A stretch of 63,783 bases of DNA, counting the filler, from Psammoneis japonica (Eukaryota): assembly GCA_008632985.1 (NCBI GenBank). It is 4 parts of 4 records of this genome, joined end to end, with 100 filler letters (N's around TTAATTAATTAA, not from the genome) between each part and the next. Parts side by side here need not be neighbours in the genome. Positions count along the whole stretch, not along the records: positions 18,084 to 36,047 come from QPGO01000475.1; positions 36,148 to 53,829 come from QPGO01000493.1; 2 more parts are not named here. One strand, written 5' to 3'. A program made the translations under genes and the position numbers. The notes under the pieces were generated by a model. It was not told the DNA's origin, did no database searches, and worked only from the letters and a program-made list of their open reading frames with translations. How positions within the stretch are numbered: position 1 is the stretch's first letter; every line of letters begins with the position of its first letter. Shown here in pieces: positions 25,061 through 37,365 of the stretch.

Positions 25061-28000
25061 TCCATCTTTCAAAATCAATCTTGTCTGGGGTGGCTGCTTG
25101 AGGAAGAGTGCCACATGGCAAACAATGTTCATCAAAGCAGCACCCAAGTGCAGATTCATCACTCACCCTTTCATTCCAGCCAATGCTGCATCTTGACTTT
25201 GCACCAAGATGGAAGATGGGAAATGGGGGGCATGGTGCCACAAATGAAATCAACCATGGAATTTTTTCATGCATGACAGGCTTGTGATCTGCATCTTCAA
25301 TGCCACAAAAATGCAACAAGACAGTGCACCTTGCACTCATTTTTGCCATTGCTGCACTCTTCTCCTCTCTTCTTTGCTTCTCTCTTGTTGTTGCAGCAGC
25401 AACGGGGTTGCTTTGCTCCCCCTCTCCCCCCCTCTTCTTCCGTCAGCACCCCCCCCTGTTTTCCCTGGTGGTTGAAGGGTTGACATCAGAGGCCCGCAGA
25501 AAAGGCCTTCAGTCACATGTCATTGAGCCCCACCATCTCATGGCATGCACGCACGCGCCTTGATTGGTGGGCTCCACTCCAGATTGAAATTGACGCTTGC
25601 TTTTGGAAAGACAACATTTTTGTTCATTCTCAATTTACAGATTAGAATGTCAGGCATTTGTTGTGCCACGACACATTTTATTTAATTGACATTTGTTGGC
25701 TTGTGTGCCAAAATGCCAAGTCACACGGCACTGTCATTCCCTCAACTGAGGACAATTGCACTTCGTTCCAGCTGAAAAATGTTCATTTTCATGTTGAACA
25801 AGGCACTTTTGCCAAAATTTCCGCATCTCCGTCTTCATGATGGATGTTGACAATTCTGCAAAATTTTCCACAATTTTCTGCTCTCCCCCAAAACCCCCTC
25901 CTCTCCGCCAAATCACAATCTTTCATTTGCACCGTTCCCTCGAGCGATCCTGTTTGGGGCATTTGTCCCTTCTGCTTGTGATCCACGGGTCCAATCCCCC
26001 ATGGTTTTGGTGAATCTGCGCAGAGCCGTGAAAGAAGCATGACAACAAGTCCGTGGTTTGTGCGTCCTCTGTTCATGCCGCGATGGCCCATGGCAGTGTT
26101 CCTCTCCTGCTGTTGCGACCATGGCCCATCGCAAAGTCACGCCCAAGCAAAAGCAATGTCTCTCTTCTGGCTCTGAATCATTCGGGGATGCCACCGAATG
26201 CACAACTTGCCCATCGCACCACTTTGTCATGTCTCCAGACCATGACGGCTCACTTGATGACATCATTCGACATCATCCAATGTGGAGGCAAACCTCTCTG
26301 ATGATGTCAATCTCAGCTCTGATGACTGCTCCAGTGGCAACAACTCATCTGCTCAAGGCAATGATCACGCCAGTGCACCGACTGCATCTGGAGACCTTGA
26401 CAGTTGTGCCAGTGATCTTTCTTTTCCAACGAAGACGATGTGGATGCCAATTCTTTAGACGGAAGCAATGTTTCTGTTCTTGACGACCATGCCAAAGTGT
26501 GCACAAATGATGTTGACGGCGCCTGCATGACAAAGCCCCAATTTAAAAAAATCATCGAGATGCAGCACCGCCGCCAGAAGTTCATCGAGACTCACAACTG
26601 GACACCCTCCGCTGATCTCATTGCCCTGCCCTTCATTTGTCACAACTGCCAGAATTGAGCCTCCCATTTCTTCATGGAAGTGTTGATGGTCAACAACATG
26701 GTTGCCCATTCTCTTGGCCACAAAGATGGCTTTCATTGTGTAAAAAGCCGTGGCTGGATTTGTTTTTGTCGCAAAGATGGGAGGCATGTTCTGGAGTGCC
26801 CCGCAAGCTGGCCGAAACCATTTCCAATCTTGCCCGATTTGGCAAACATCTCCGTGCAATCATTGACGATTTACACGAGATGACAGTGAGCGAACAAATT
26901 GGCAATGACCCATGCTTCCTTTGGCTCCACAGCTTCAGATCCGAGTTGGATTTTTTTGCGCAATGCCTGAGCATCGCTGCTGCCACAATGGACTGTTGCT
27001 TTCTCCCTCACGTCGATGAAGAGTTTGGCAATTTTCGATGCTGGTCGACCATCATTTTTTCCGGCTGCAAAAAAGAGGAAACAGTTCGTTCTGTTTTGCA
27101 ACAATGTTTTGACCCTGATGAGCACGGAACAGAAGTTGAAGGATGGGAAGGTTGCCAAGAAGATCCTCGCCGATCATCTGGAATGTGTCAAGGTTTGCGT
27201 CGACACTCGTGCCATGGCGAAAGGCATGGCACAAAAACACCAAGAGTTGGTTGAGCATGAGCTCCATTCCACCTTCAAGTGTTCCTGCAAGGACACGAAT
27301 CGTCTCAAGTTCCGCAACCTGGCAATTGTGCAATCATGTGTCCACGATCTCACGCATCCACACCTTTCCCGTGTGGCCAAGGCAAAGTTTGTTTCTTCCA
27401 CCAAGAGGAGGAAGAAGAGCAAGGATTCCTCCAGTGTGTCTGCTGGTTCTCTGGCACCTCTGCCCCCTTCATCCAAGAAAGAAACCAACCGGAATCCTGT
27501 TGCTCATCCAACCGGCACCATGGCCAATGCCCCACCGTCTGCCAAATGCCACATGAGTGCACTGGCCTCCCAGTTGCAACCTTCGGCTGACAACAAAGTC
27601 GAGGCGTTGTTGGATGGAGAGTCGTTGTTGTCGGGTGAATCATCAACTGAAGACCACCCCATCCAGAATGTTCCTGATGCAGGTGCTGTGGGTCCATCCA
27701 TGGGAGGAGTCACTTCTTTGGCATCTCCATCAAAGCCAAGCACATTGGCCAGCACCACAACTTCCTCGTCAATTGACGATCGGTTCCCCCGTGGTCATTG
27801 TTGCCGCTTTGCATCCCTTTCTGATGTCTCTGGGCATGCTCCTTGTGTTTGCATCATTTGTGATCTGGGTGATGATGATGATGACAACAAGCAATCTGCC
27901 AATTGTGAGTTAAACCTGCATCATTCTCCAGCTGACTGTCACTTGCTTGACGATCTACGACATCATCTCCACTCCTTTGTGACGACGCAACCACTTCCTT

Positions 28001-29076
28001 CTGCTGCAAATCATGACTGGGAGCTGGTGGTTGTCCCACCCAGAGCTCAACGTGTTCAGGATGATGCCGCCATTTTGCACTTGTCCTCCCGTCTTTGGCA
28101 GAAACACTTTGGATCTCTCCAAGTTGACGTTGGCATGATTGCCCGTTTTGTGCTTGAACATGGCCATTCCAATCCCAATCGTGATGGGAAGATCATGCGC
28201 TGCAAGAAAAACAATGTAGATCGGTCCAAGCAACCAGACAAATGGGACTGGATCGATTTTGGCTGCTGTGGTTGGTCTCACGATGTGCTCAAGAATGGCG
28301 AGAAAGTCCCATCACTGCAAGTTGGTTTTGGGATTTTTGAGAAAGAAAAAAACGTCGTCATCCGCAATCAGATCAAGTCCATGCTTGCGGATGTGCGCCA
28401 TTCCATGCAGAGGTGCTGTGGTGAGCTGGAGACAGAGCACTTTGGCAATCCTTGACCCCACAACAACACCGCAAGAACTGCAATGTGTGGGGCCACGCTT
28501 CGCACTGGGCTGGGTTGCAAAGCAGCAAGGAATGAGCTTGGCACTGTCCAAGTTAAGATCATGCCTGATGGTGTGCAGATTCATCCAGACGAGTTGGGGA
28601 ATGTCGTTTCTGTCAAGTTCCTTGCCAACAGCTGGAAACGCGCGGGCGAACATTTTGACCAGCATCTGACGTCACTGCCATTGAAGACAATGATGCTGAA
28701 GCATGTCACAGCCATAAATCGCGCATGCAAGGAGTTCTCTTTGTCGCGCAAGGGTCCTCATGGTCCACCAATGGATTTGAACCACCGCCATCCCAAGAAC
28801 ATGTTTCTTGATGATCATTGCCCACACAAGGAAAAGGCACTCGACAAGGCTGGTTTGACTGTCATGGACAGGTTGGAGTTTCCCACCTCCTGCATTCGGG
28901 ATTTGTGGTTGTCAACGGGGATCACCGTCCTGCTCCGACTCTGAGATGTGCTCGGAATCCACAAGGTTGTCAAGATGGCAATCATGGCTTCTTGTCAGAC
29001 TGGATTCCACCGGTGCTTCCACATTGGCATGGAGCACAGGGACGAGTTGACTGAACTCAGTTCCGATCCTGCACTT

Positions 29077-29460
29077 GACGCGTTCCAGCCCTAGGTGGGA
29101 CTCCGTGTGACATTGGGCCCGTAGAATTCTACGTGCGAGCTCACGAGAATTTAATCAATGGACACATTTGTCTTCAACATCAAATGAACGGCCAAGTTTG
29201 TGGCACAATTATGCTTCTTACCACTCGACGTTTTTGCAAATGCACCTGCCCTACGCGATTCTTAAGACATTGTAGAATCGCGCTGTAACAATAAATGTCA
29301 AAAGTTTTTGGACGGATCGCTCAATAAGTGTGCCGTAAAATGACACAAAATATCGAAAAAATCACGTAGAAATCTACGTGCGCGACATACGACGTGATTC
29401 AAAAAACTATCGATGTCACAGTTCAGCAGTGCGAGGTCCCACCTAGACCTGGAACACGTC
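29077..29460 (+). mobile_element. MITE / non-autonomous TIR element (384 bp), ~27-bp imperfect TIRs, 4-bp TSD ACTT
   Basis: Left end GACGCGTTCCAGCCCTAGGTGGGACTC. Right end (reverse complement) GACGTGTTCCAGGTCTAGGTGGGACCTC. ACTT at 29073-29076 and 29461-29464. Partial copies at 42560-42860, 53662-53829, 54178-54243 and 60447-60512. Confidence 0.8.
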
Positions 29461-30739
29461 ACTTGTCTGCTGTCAACTGGGCATGAAGCTGTTTGGCACT
29501 GCCACTGGAGACGCAGGAGTTGCTCCACGCCGTCTGAACCCCAGCGGCTGCAGTTTTGTTTTCTGCTTTGAAAGAACTGGAGTGGCCGGGGAAGACCTGG
29601 GTGATTTGGAAAATCAAGATGCAGCAGCAGAGGAAAACGAATGTTCTCAATCCCCAAATGATTTTGGCTCAGATGTTGACAAGTCGGTGGCACAACAAGA
29701 ATTGAGTTGTCCTGAGGACAAGAGAGGCATCCCTCCCAATGGTGCCGACAAACACTGTGACTCTGAATCACCGGACTTCGACGACATGAGGGAATCACCT
29801 CAAGAGAGCCCAGATCTCTCAGTGCAACCAAAGAAAACAAAGGTGTTGTTTTTGTGCATGACACAGACAAATGACATTGATTCTCTGTCATTCACAAATG
29901 TGCTTGACGACATCAACAACGACTTGTTCAGTGGAAATTCCAAACTGAGATCCGACGCGACAAGGATGCTTGCCTGTCGTGACACGGTGCTTGATGCAAC
30001 CAACCGCACCATTGATTGCGAATTTTGCACAGCTTCTCTGAGCAACGGTCACAACGCCCATCACCTCAACTGCAACGCATGCAGTCCTGCATTTTGCAAC
30101 GAGGTCATCACAAAGTTCGGAAGCAACTTTGAGGAAAATCAACTTGGATTGCTTTTGGCCACAAAAGGGTTGGTTGAGCGACAGATTCAACCCATGCTTC
30201 TTCTTCGGCAGGACATTGCCTGAACTGTCAAACGCAATGAAAGTTGGCTGGCGATGCCATCAGCATCCTTTTTGATGTTGAGACATTTCTTTCCCATGTC
30301 TTGCACAAGGAGTCCATTGTTGAAATGCACCACGCCCTTTTTCCGAAGGATGTGCGCGTCCTGTTGCACGAACCGCACCATTGCAGCTGTTTCGATGATG
30401 AACAGTGCAAACAAAAGCTGAGTCTAGATCATGCACACCAGGTGAACAAATGCCTGGCTGGTGTTGCAAACAGCAAAGTTGGCCAGTCGGTTCCAGAACC
30501 TTTTTGCCTTCAAGCCAAAGAGGTTTGGAAGTGGCTGAGCAACGAAAACCACCACATCAATCTTTGCAAATGGACAGCGCCACTTCAGCTGGCATTCATT
30601 GGACACAGAAATGGCACAAAACATGTTGAGATGGCAACTGCAGTGACAACCAATGAAAAGTTGGAAAGATGGTCAGACACAAAAACACATGAGGTGACGA
30701 GCCGGTTCCTCACAAAGAGCAGCTCCCCGCCAATGATTG

Positions 30740-32500
30740 AGCCACATTGATGCATGTCGAGTCAAACGATCGTCCCATTGACATGCCTCATCAAGTCGTG
30801 GTCGCAGCTTTTTGCAGGTGGAGAACAGACGTGTTGCGGGGCATGCAAATGCACACCTGTGTTGTCAAAGGCTGCCAATGAGACAGATGGAAGACGAGGC
30901 AGGAGATCATGCCTTCGTCCATCCAGAGTCAAATCCAAATTTATGTTGAAGTCGTGCAACCAAAACTCCATTGCGCAATGATCATTTCAACACTCCTCAG
31001 GGTGCATCGTGTGCAGATGCAAGAGAAGAGCCTCTGCGAGCTTCTGTTGCCACTTGAGGCAGCCATCCAATGGACTGTCCTTGCTGAGTGCTGCTGCAGC
31101 AGAGCCGGTCCATCCAAGTGCTGGCTTGTTGAGACAGGAAACAATCTCCACATTGATTGGAGAACAAGAAAGACCAAGCTGATTGGTTTGGCAGGATGTG
31201 TTTGCAACATTGTTGGCAGAACACATGCAGAAGCGATGCACTCAACCGGCGCCACCACCATTGGATGATTTCCGTCCACAGACAAAGTCTTGTGACTTCT
31301 GGTCACCAAACATTGGCCCTTGCACAAGTCGGACATGCATGCACCGGCGAACACCACCCAAGTTTGCCATCATGAGGGGAGGCTCTGCCTGCAATGCCTT
31401 CAAATCTTCCAAGAGAAAAGACAACATGTCATGGTGAGCCTGCATGTTTGATGAACACGGGGGCTTGCCCGATTGCATGTCTTTGTTCACATTCCCGTTC
31501 TCATCGAGTGCAGCAACCGCACCATCCTTGTCTGTGCTGGGCATGAACCCCAGGTGATGCCAGGCGCAATCATGCTCACGCACATGCCTCTTGGCAAGAA
31601 GAGTGCAGAACAACCAGGTTTCGAGGGGACACCTTTGACAGGCATCAGTCCCTGTCTGATCAGCGCATGAGGCGATTGGCAACAGCAAGTCCTTCTTGCA
31701 GTCAAAGTCACTGGGGAGGGCATTGCATGTGTCAGAGCACCATTTGTTGGACATGATCTCACCAAGATCACAATCGTTGATGGGAACGCACTTGTGGAAA
31801 CGTTCCTGCAGGGACTTGTTCGCGTTGAGATTGTGCTCGTTGTCAAACATCGAGTGGGCGAGCAAATCTCTCAACATGTCCAGCATGCGGAAGCGAGTGA
31901 CTTCCTGCCCACCAATGAGGCGAGTGTCAGGCTGGGGCAGAGAAACCTTCTCGTGGAGTTTCTTTGCCAACAAGTCACGCCCAAGACACTGGGAACAATC
32001 GAATTTCCGCTTCTTGCTGAACCGGCGCAACAGGGTGAGCAGCTGTCCATAGAATTTGTGAGTGGCGCCGGAATTGTCACACAGTGCAATCAGCTCCAAC
32101 AAGGCCTCCTCTGACAGTGCAAAGGTTGGCAGATCAGGTGCATCCCCGTGCAAGGCATCGGAGTTGGCATTGCTGGTGGTGGGGAGGACGCCAGGGGGTG
32201 GATCCTGGAGCAAAATGGATTCTTCACATGCATCCACCGGGGAAGAATGCAAAGAACCGGCAGGAGGAGTGCCAGGGAACATTTTGTAAAGAGAGGAATC
32301 GTCATCGTCACCCACGTTGTCATCACAATCCTCTTCCTCCTCCTCCTCCTCCTCCTTGGATTCTTCATTGGGGGGGGGCGTGGGCTGCAGATCGTTCGCG
32401 GGTGGGAAACTGTGTGAGTCATCATCTCCGTCAAGGCCCGTGCTGGGATTTGGTGCTTTGTCATTCTCAGGTGCAGAAACGGATGACTGACAAGCAATTT
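30740..32500 (-). mobile_element. Decayed Plavaka-like transposase
   Basis: LLELIALCDNSGA, MLRDLLAH, GEIMSNKWCSDTC (W-Y..T-Y), LLLPIASCADQTGTDACQRCPLE (Y.D.TG.D..QRYPLE), AWHHLGFMP, FGDQKSQDFVCGR, VHRFCMC. Confidence 0.7.
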
Positions 32501-33449
32501 GCTGCTTTCGGAACACAAGAACGGCGGCTTGCGACATCTGGCACAATCGAGTTGTGGCAGATGCACTGGGGTGGGCTGCATTGTGCAAGCGGTGGTTGCG
32601 ACGGTGGGAAACAGGCATGCCAAGCTAAGAGGGCCATTGGAAATGAGAAATGCAAAGATGCAGGACAAAACAATTGGGTGCTTGTTCACAACCATTTGTT
32701 GGCGTGCGTGTGTTGGATTGTTTTTTGAATCAAATTGTTGAGTGTGCACCCTGCTGACTTTTGAATGGGAGACACTTGGTGTGGTGGCAATGGCCGTTGG
32801 AGAGTTGGCCACAGGGAGGCAATTGGACATGAGGGCATGCACACATTCGGAAATTAAAGACGGCATTTTTTGAATTGGAGAGAGGATCTGTTTAAATTTC
32901 AATGCAAATGTCCAGCCAAACAAAGAAACATTGGTGAAAGACACTGTTCAGGTGAGCAGAAATTTGTGCTTGGAAATGGAGAAGGATTGCCGTCACCCAC
33001 ACATGGTCCACAAGACTGGCCACATCCATCAACGTGCTTGCAGCACGTGCACATGAGCACACACCAGAAATGAAAACACAGAGCAGCAGCAAGGACAATG
33101 GTGCATGTGGAGCAGGAGCTGAGCTCAACCGAGTGGATGGCGGATGAGGCAAAGGTGATGGAAGACACAGCGAAGGTGAGAGATCATGCAAAGGAAACAT
33201 TGTTCCTCAGTGTGACACTCACATTTGATGAAAAGGAAATGGAGGAAACGGGCATGCTCTGCTGAGATTATGAACAGAACTGCGGCCCCAAGATGATGCA
33301 TGGCCTGCTGAACAAATTGCCTGAGGCAGAGCAAAAAACATGCCTGCGCCACCTGTGGCTTGCGATGAAACAAAAAAAGATGCATCAGGAGTGGCCAGCA
33401 ATTGAGAGGTTGAATGCATGCCAGGCGCAGCAGGACAAGTTCCACGGTG

Positions 33450-34486
33450 AGTGATGACGGAGGGTGAAACAAGGACAGCAAATGCGATTGCTGACGTCGT
33501 GTTTCCTGCCGCAAATGAAGCTCTTTGTGCATGCTGCAATGAGAACAATTGCATCTTGCCATTGCCAGAAAGATTCCAAGATCGCTTGGGAAACCCGGTT
33601 TTGCAGATGGTGTTCCACGACCACATGCTGCGTCCGATTGTCAGAGACACACGCTGGAAAGAGTGCATTTCCAGGAACAAGAGGATGGGCACAGCGTGCG
33701 CTGAGGCGTTTGCCCACATGCTCCTCAAGAACAACTGCGATCCATGGCATGCCGAGTGCAAGAGCCAAAACAAGGACAGGACTTTGATGACGGATTGCAA
33801 CGTGGAGTTGGCTGATGATGGAGGAGGCAAGGACTTGTGTGAGATGATCATGCCAGACATTGCGACAGCCAAAGAGAGGGATGGCCAGGACCAGAGCAAG
33901 TTTGTGCTGCTCCAGAAAGATCCACAAGAAGAAGAGACATCGCAGGAGGAAGGTCCATCAGTGCAAGAACTGAAGCAGAAGTTCAAGAACACAAGGGAAG
34001 AGTCCGTCACAAAATGTGATGCCATGGCCAAGAAGACAAAGAGAAGAGCCAAATGCTGCACTGCAAGTGACGGCTCTGAAGAAGGCTGCAGAAGTGCTTG
34101 TTGCCGTCCAAAACGATGCGGGTGCATCCAGCAAAAAGAGAAAGGTTGTCAGGAACCTTGAGCATTTCACGGCGGCAAAGCCAAAAAACTTGGACGGAAA
34201 CGTGGGACCAAGGAAGTGCAAGACACCGAGGAAGAGCAAAGGGCGGTCACCAAAGGCTGACAAGTTCTTTGTTGACATGGTCAAGGAGATCAAGCAAGAT
34301 GTTGCAAGCGGACACCTGGGCCGGTGGGAAGAGCTCCACAGAGCCGTTGCAACCAAGCGAGATCAATGGGTGGCAGAAGAAGCGTGGGACGGCTCGGACA
34401 ATGAAGATGACAAACAGGTCAGTTGTGCTGAAGTGTGCGAACTGGAGTTGGCGGTGGTTTGGTCGAGAGCAACTCAGCAGCCATGA
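33450..34486 (+). mobile_element. Decayed accessory ORF of the type accompanying diatom Plavaka-like elements
   Basis: FHDHMLRPIV..TRWK...AEAFAHMLLKNNCDPW...LMTDC (EAFA.L.LKNNY..W), divergent from the transposase. A related ORF lies at 59145-59567 (WFCDHIL...DEALALSAMENCW...WGDNGIKR). Confidence 0.5.
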
Positions 34487-36267
34487 ATTGCAGTCGCAGC
34501 CATTTGAAGTCAATTGCAGCAGAGACATGCAATGAATGGATGGGACCATGGAAAACACTGTTTGAACACACCAGTCAACCCATTGACTTCAACCGTAAAA
34601 ATTGGAAACAAATCAAAACACGGCATTCGATCATCACCCAGTCGGCACCAACAAGAAAAGTCAAATCCAACAAAGCAACTGGTTGGCATCATCGACTGAT
34701 TGGGTGGCACCCCACTTGTTGGGGTTGACAACTGTTTTGGAAAGTCCACGGACATTTGTTGGTTGGCATGGACATTCATTTGTTTTCAATCATGGCCATT
34801 TGTGGCAAACAGTCGTGACTTGCGTTGAATCGCTTTGGTTCATCACAAGTGAGCACATGTGCGGGCTGTCAGTGTTTTGTCACCAACAATGTCCGTTGGC
34901 ATGACCACAAGACAATTCATGGAAACGGCCTCTGACGGAGTCACCATGAGAAAAATGCCATGATCATCATAGAAAATCTGGGACACCCGGCATTTTGTTG
35001 TGTTTCAAGACATGCCTGTTTGCACGAGACTCCTTTTGCAAGGATCACATGTCTTTGAGACATTTGATGTTTGTCGAAGACAATTTTTGAGAGACACACA
35101 CATTTGATGCACACACAATCAATGTTTGAAAATTCAGTGCATGCTCTTTTAATGCCAGCACACATTTCTGCGATGCGATTTAATTTGGCAACTCTCCATT
35201 TGTCGCAGAGAAAAATCTTTTTTTGTCTCCACTTTCTGTTGGCAGAGACAAATTTTGTTAGAGACAACCGGAAACAGATGGAGACAAGACAAATGGAGAT
35301 GGAGACAAAACAGATGGAGACAACAGAGACAAATCCAAATGTGCACAGTGCGCACACAGCACCCACGCAGATGCTGCGCCATGGAGCACATGACGATCTG
35401 CCTCCAGAGAGCAGAGAGAGAGCTGGCAGGCCTGCCGTGCTGCAGAGCAAAGGCTGGGCATCGCAAGACCTTGATCTGCTCTCCATTTGGCATTGAGCCA
35501 TGATGCACGTTGCTTCAAAATGGCGCTGACATGACAGTGGGAACTGCTCCAGGACGTGCTCCAGTCCCAGGTGACGCACAAAACGACAATCGATTTTGAG
35601 TGCAATTTGTGTGTCTTTTAGTGTGTGCAGCATTTTTGCACAAAATGCTCAGATGGATTGACTTTCACAGGCTTCCAGAGCATGAACATTTGAGCAGTTT
35701 CTTGAGGGGTGTTCAAGTCCTCATGGGGTGTGCACCACAAACTTCCTCAGCAGACTCAATGCTGATTGTGCATCAGTGGATGTGTGCTGAGATTTCTTTG
35801 CAGGCAGAAAACCCACCAAGCAGCATCGTAGAAAAAATTGTTCAGGTGACATCCAAATGACGGCAATGTTTTCGTAACTGGGGAGGGGTTCTTCAAATCT
35901 GAGAAAACCCGAATCCATTTTTAGCAGAATCAATGCAAATCTACACTTTTTGAGAATCTGCACCCATTTCTCCGGAATCCTTGAAAATCTGCACCCATTT
36001 TGAACCAAAATCTGTGGCACAGATTTTCTGTGATAATCACGGTGGCANNNNNNNNNNNNNNNNNNNNNNNNNNNNNNNNNNNNNNNNNNNNTTAATTAAT
36101 TAANNNNNNNNNNNNNNNNNNNNNNNNNNNNNNNNNNNNNNNNNNNNTTTAAAAAAAACAAACATTCTTTTCAAGGAGCGAGAATGGCGCAGAAGAAAAA
36201 AATGTCAAAAGTTGATCAATGCATGGCCTGACAACTGCGCTGTAAAATCACACAAAATTTCGCCACA

Positions 36268-36780
36268 CTCCAGTTTAGTTGAGTTCTTGAAGACAGCTTC
36301 ATTGTGGCAGAAAACATCAGTGGCCCCATCCATGGGGATTCTGAGCATCCAAAGCTTGCAGCGCAAGGCTTCGATTTGCTCCACTGCAGTCTTCACAGCC
36401 ACGAACTCCGACCCAAAAGCAGAGGACTCTGTGGCATTCTGCCGCTTGGAGCAATGCAAGATGGGTGCTCGTTGGACAAATGTCAGGATCCCAGTGTGGG
36501 ACCTGCGCATCACATGGCATCTGGAGTGATCAGCGTCGACAAAGCAAGCAGTGGTCACGCTGTTCCCGCGTGCCTCCGGCACATTCGGCTGCATTGGCTC
36601 AGCCGCGCCAGGGCGACATTCTTCCCAATCACACTTGGCAAAGCAACTCTCATCAAAGACGGGCTCAGTGTCGTCGAACACTGGTGCAGACTCAGAGCGA
36701 GCCTTCAAGCATGCAAAGATGTGGAGCACCTCGTCCAGGTGTCCAGCTCATGGTGCCGCCAAGCAGGAGGACATGAGGGG
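36268..36780 (-). mobile_element. Copia RNase H fragment, inverted duplicate of 45893-46410
   Basis: FVDADHSRC..RRSHTGIL, SKRQNATESSAFGSEFVA; near-identical to the 45944 ORF. Confidence 0.88.
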
Positions 36781-37365
36781 TGGACGCCCAGATTGTTCCG
36801 TTCATGTGGCCAGTCTCCCCCAATGTCATTGTGAGAGACACTGGCCTGAGCAGCAAAGCAGCGATGCAGCCGGACTTTGACGGTCCTTGGCACACACTGA
36901 CGCACGCGCGCTCTTCCTCATTTTGTGCCGTGGCATCAGCAGAAGGTTCCCATCCAAGGGATGTTTGTTTTCCTTGAAATGACACATTTGTTTTCCTTGA
37001 AACCACGTGCTTGTTTTCCTTGAAATGCAAATCCACACATTTTTGACATTTTGTGCACTCTGATGCGTGTGTTGTGCACAGCATCATCACACAGCATTTG
37101 TCCGACTCTCCCTCTCATCGCAGGATGGGTTGTCTCCATGTGGCGCATCTGCACAGCGGACTTGCAAATTTGACCATGCACTCCCTCTGTCAGGCAGGAT
37201 GGGTTGGTGCCATGTGGCGCATCCGGCCAAGGGAGGAGTGGGTTCGAAGCCCAGCCGCCCACCCCGGATGGGGTTGGAAAGGGGCAGGCCGAGAAAGAAA
37301 AGGAGGCTTTGATTTGAGGCCGATTCAAGCCAGCATCGTCGCACAGCATTTGTCCAACTGAACAT

